From contig OZ316898.1 in assembly GCA_973895155.1 (NCBI GenBank), positions 8,481,079-8,545,078 on the forward strand: DNA of 64,000 bases, written 5' to 3'. The notes under the pieces were generated by a model. That model worked only from the letters and a program-made list of their open reading frames with translations. It was not told where the DNA came from and made no database searches. The translations under genes and the position numbers were made by a program. The stretch is from Marsupella aquatica. Lineage: Eukaryota > Plantae > Marchantiophyta. The number at the start of each line of letters is the position of its first letter. The first letter of the stretch is position 1. Shown here piece after piece: positions 63,742 to 64,000 of the stretch.

Positions 63742-64000
63742 ATTTGCAGCAGTAGGGAAATCATTGTTGTGACCTGTGAAGGGATAGCGGTAGGTTTAGC
63801 CCGTAGCTGGGTCTTTCACGGATCCTTCATCTTTGCACCTGATCAGAGCAGTGTCGTTGTGCCAGGAGATCATGTGCAGGTTGGGGCTCACTGTCTTCCC
63901 ATAAACCTTATATTCACACTTTTTGGATGTGTAGGAAAGGAAGACTCAGGCTCTCTTCCATGATTTTTTTGTTCATTTTTGTTCATTTTGGCTGTGAGGC

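Overview
Eukaryotic, intron-containing, transposon-dense DNA from a land plant (expansin, sucrose synthase and receptor-kinase fragments, GT-AG introns). The TE content suggests a non-seed plant such as a bryophyte, which is an inference. The window opens with the degenerate 3' end of a RAD5/RAD16-like SNF2 helicase gene. A ~7 kb segmental duplication (1365-24518 vs 30948-38025) carries a Met/Ser-rich pseudogene and a receptor-kinase fragment. Copy 1 is split by a very young Ty1/copia element (4921-10464, containing a MITE) and a 10.7 kb CACTA element (13010-23758). The CACTA element holds a 4.3 kb TG..CA solo-LTR-like unit with a long antisense ORF, three MITEs and a telomere-like satellite. 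Between the two copies is a zig-zag array of direct and inverted ~700 bp repeats. Copy 2 is cut by a second, degenerate copia element whose gag is itself cut at 42507. From there to the window end lie: a CCCATA-starting terminus with AT-rich subterminal repeats, a spliced gene of unknown function, host gene fragments (alpha-expansin, sucrose synthase, PPPDE/DeSI), a TET/JBP-family 2OG-Fe(II) dioxygenase ORF with one nonsense codon, and a near-intact 7-exon Plavaka-type DDE transposase. The best candidate for a novel system is a >21 kb Plavaka-type transposon carrying a TET/JBP base-oxidising enzyme in a land plant. The two genes are read directly from the sequence, but their belonging to one element is inferred.
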